Assembly (NCBI GenBank): GCA_964654855.1
Contig: CAZZJS010000001.1
Coordinates: forward strand, 17,772 to 81,771
From: an uncultured Rickettsiales bacterium
Lineage (GTDB): Bacteria; Pseudomonadota; Alphaproteobacteria; Rickettsiales; JALZUV01
DNA: 64,000 nt
Direction: 5' to 3'
The notes under the pieces are model-generated. The model made no database searches. It was not told the origin of the DNA and saw nothing but the letters and a program-made list of their open reading frames with translations. Position numbers and translations under genes: made by a program. Below are positions 62,551 to 64,000 of the stretch, piece by piece. Positions within the stretch are counted from its first letter, which is position 1. Each line of letters opens with the position of its first letter.

Positions 62551-63318
62551 TCAATCATTATGCCTGTTTATGGTAAAATTAATGCGTTGATTAGATTCTA
62601 GCTTAAGGCACCCTAATTGCTCCCCAAAGGTCTCAGATAAGTCAAGATTGGCGCGATTTCTACGAATATCCAATGTGTTAACAGGGGTATGACCGTGAAT
62701 AATATATTTTGAGTGGTAATCTTCGAAATCGGTAAAATCGTCACGAATCCATATCAGATCTTCTGATGATTGCTCCTCAAAAGGCAGGTAAGGGTTAATT
62801 CCTGCATGCACAAAGAAGTAATCGCCTACAGTGTAAGAAGGATAAAGCTTTTCTAGGAAATCTTGATGCTCCTTGGGGAAAACTTGCATAAAATCATAAT
62901 GTAACTGTTCTACGTTCTCAGAGGACAGGGTTTTAGGGATAGCGAGCCCATATGATGCAAGCGTTGTAAAACCTCCAAAGTTTGACCATTTGCGAATGGT
63001 TTCAGGAGTTCGGATGAATTCCAGCAGCGTAGCTTCATGGTTGCCCAATAGGCAGATGCGCTCATGGCCTTTTGGTGGAGTTTGAGTGAGAAGGTCGATG
63101 ACTTCACGGCTATGTATGCCGCGATCAATATAGTCACCTAGAAAGATTTGAATGATACGATCACCGGTAAAGTTTTTCGCATCTTGTTCAATAGCTTGTA
63201 ACGTTTTTTCGAGTAATTCAGTTTGCCCATGAATATCACCAACCGCGTAGATTCTTGTATCCGGAGGTATCTGAAAGTCAGGTGGGGGCGTGATTGATTT
63301 TCGAAAAAAAGAGAGCAT
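62551..63318 (-). CDS. PPP-family metallophosphoesterase (PrpA/PrpE / lambda phosphatase-like Ser/Thr(/Tyr) phosphatase)
   Basis: Motifs GDIHG, GDYIDRG, GNHE, FVHAG and GHTP occur in canonical order. The ATG at 63318 is chosen (1 nt after the upstream stop). Confidence 0.85.
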   Translation of the reverse strand: MLSFFRKSITPPPDFQIPPDTRIYAVGDIHGQTELLEKTLQAIEQDAKNFTGDRIIQIFLGDYIDRGIHSREVIDLLTQTPPKGHERICLLGNHEATLLEFIRTPETIRKWSNFGGFTTLASYGLAIPKTLSSENVEQLHYDFMQVFPKEHQDFLEKLYPSYTVGDYFFVHAGINPYLPFEEQSSEDLIWIRDDFTDFEDYHSKYIIHGHTPVNTLDIRRNRANLDLSETFGEQLGCLKLESNQRINFTINRHND

Positions 63319-63319
63319 G

Positions 63320-64000
63320 CTAATTATTTTGGAAAGTCGCGTTTTTGCTCCAAGCAGAAAGTTCGGAGTCATTTAAAATACGAATGCTGTTAATGAAGCG
63401 ATCCACTTGTTGGTAGTCTTTCTGTTTAAGATGGCAGTTGGGTAAGTAAACACGCATGAGATACGCTTGTGATTCTGAAATAATAAGGAAAAATTCATCA
63501 CTAATATCAATGGCTTCGTCGTTACAATTTGCGCCAGAGAGAGAGCTAGTATCACGAATATTAACGTCTAGAAGGTCCTCCATCACATCAAAATTAATAT
63601 TATAACTGATATAGGTGATATTGAGTTTTGTATCGATCGCGTTGATTTTCAATTTGACGCCTTCTTCAAAAACGGAGAAGAGGTTGTATTGTTCAAATAA
63701 GTTATTGATAAGAAAGAGAGAGGAAAACTCAGGATCATGCTGAGAGAGACGTTTGAGGTACCCTTGCATGTTTTGGGGATCAAAATGCCTTTGTAATGAA
63801 CCAGACTTTCCGATCAGTGCCGTTTTAAGCTCTTGCGCCTGCTCTGGATCAGGAGTGTTCTGTAGGATTTGTTTGAAATAAAGTGATTTGATTGTGTCAG
63901 AATCTAACGTATCGCCTAGAATAGATCGCTCAGCTTGTGTTTCTGCTGCTGCATTATCATCAGCCGTGTCTTCTTCTTTCTGTGAATAAGCATTCCATAA
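63320..64000 (-). CDS. Hypothetical protein, 5' end outside the window
   Basis: I translated the frame upstream of the ATG listed in the track (63769) and found no stop up to position 64000. The gene is therefore probably truncated by the window edge. No recognisable motif. Confidence 0.55.
   Translation of the reverse strand, partial: LWNAYSQKEEDTADDNAAAETQAERSILGDTLDSDTIKSLYFKQILQNTPDPEQAQELKTALIGKSGSLQRHFDPQNMQGYLKRLSQHDPEFSSLFLINNLFEQYNLFSVFEEGVKLKINAIDTKLNITYISYNINFDVMEDLLDVNIRDTSSLSGANCNDEAIDISDEFFLIISESQAYLMRVYLPNCHLKQKDYQQVDRFINSIRILNDSELSAWSKNATFQNN

Noticed and set aside
1-64000. Mobile elements, CRISPR arrays, tRNA/rRNA genes, toxin-antitoxin pairs and defence-system genes.
   Set aside because: No transposase, integrase, recombinase, Cas, nuclease/helicase-type or repeat-spacer structure was seen in the ORF translations or intergenic DNA. 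Intergenic regions are short and none contains a tRNA-like T-arm (GGTTCGAAT-type) by eye. A proper tRNAscan/Infernal run would still be needed to be certain.

Overview
Tightly packed 64-kb chromosomal segment of a Gram-negative bacterium (lnt, Wza/Wzc and outer-membrane porin genes are present; the taxon cannot be determined from the sequence alone). It holds about 58 protein-coding genes. By eye I found no rRNA, tRNA, CRISPR array, transposase or integrase. All calls below come from reading the ORF translations and DNA by eye; no searches were run. Blocks in order: (1) 1-3.5 kb: zur, divergent from a MacB-type ABC transporter plus two DUF3299 genes, with a perfect Zur-box-like palindrome between them. 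(2) 3.7-7.7 kb: two orphan envelope proteins. One is 848 aa with an acidic Pro/Glu-rich region and a C-terminal hydrophobic hairpin. The other is a lipoprotein with a 10-Cys cluster. (3) 7.8-9.5 kb: NRDE, DinB-like and YHS-domain genes. (4) 9.9-14.4 kb: a single-module C-A-T-C NRPS, co-directional with and possibly co-transcribed after DUF547-arsC-DUF3047. (5) 15-25.4 kb: an extended organoarsenical cluster. It contains arsC, arsM, radical-SAM arsS, an MTAP homologue, two rSAM-associated transferases, a fatty-acid hydroxylase, an FAD disulfide reductase, TVP38, DUF547, an AhpD-like protein and an AlgE-like porin. There is no arsR and no arsenite efflux gene. (6) 25.5-36.8 kb: one long minus-strand gene string. 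In transcription order it encodes an HprK-related kinase with an RRE/PqqD-like N-terminus, a nucleotidyltransferase, the BY-kinase Wzc, lnt, an RnfD-like::CRTAC1 fusion, a 91-aa peptide with a Tat-like motif and a Cys/Pro-rich tail, and a fused MFS/spermidine-synthase. (7) 37-58.5 kb: an EPS/capsule locus. It contains Wza, Wzy-like proteins, AsnB, an ABC exporter, the NeuB/NeuC/NeuA sialic-acid genes, a candidate sialyltransferase, a sulfotransferase-like gene, two methyltransferases, an AAC(3)-like acetyltransferase, uronic-acid genes and the initiating phosphoglycosyl transferase. (8) 59-64 kb: a second Wzc paralogue, a secreted protein with a run of 21 prolines encoded by a simple repeat, and a PPP-family phosphatase. 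The best candidates for undescribed biology are the 11-kb minus-strand string in block 6 and the NRPS-linked, efflux-less organoarsenical cluster in blocks 4-5.
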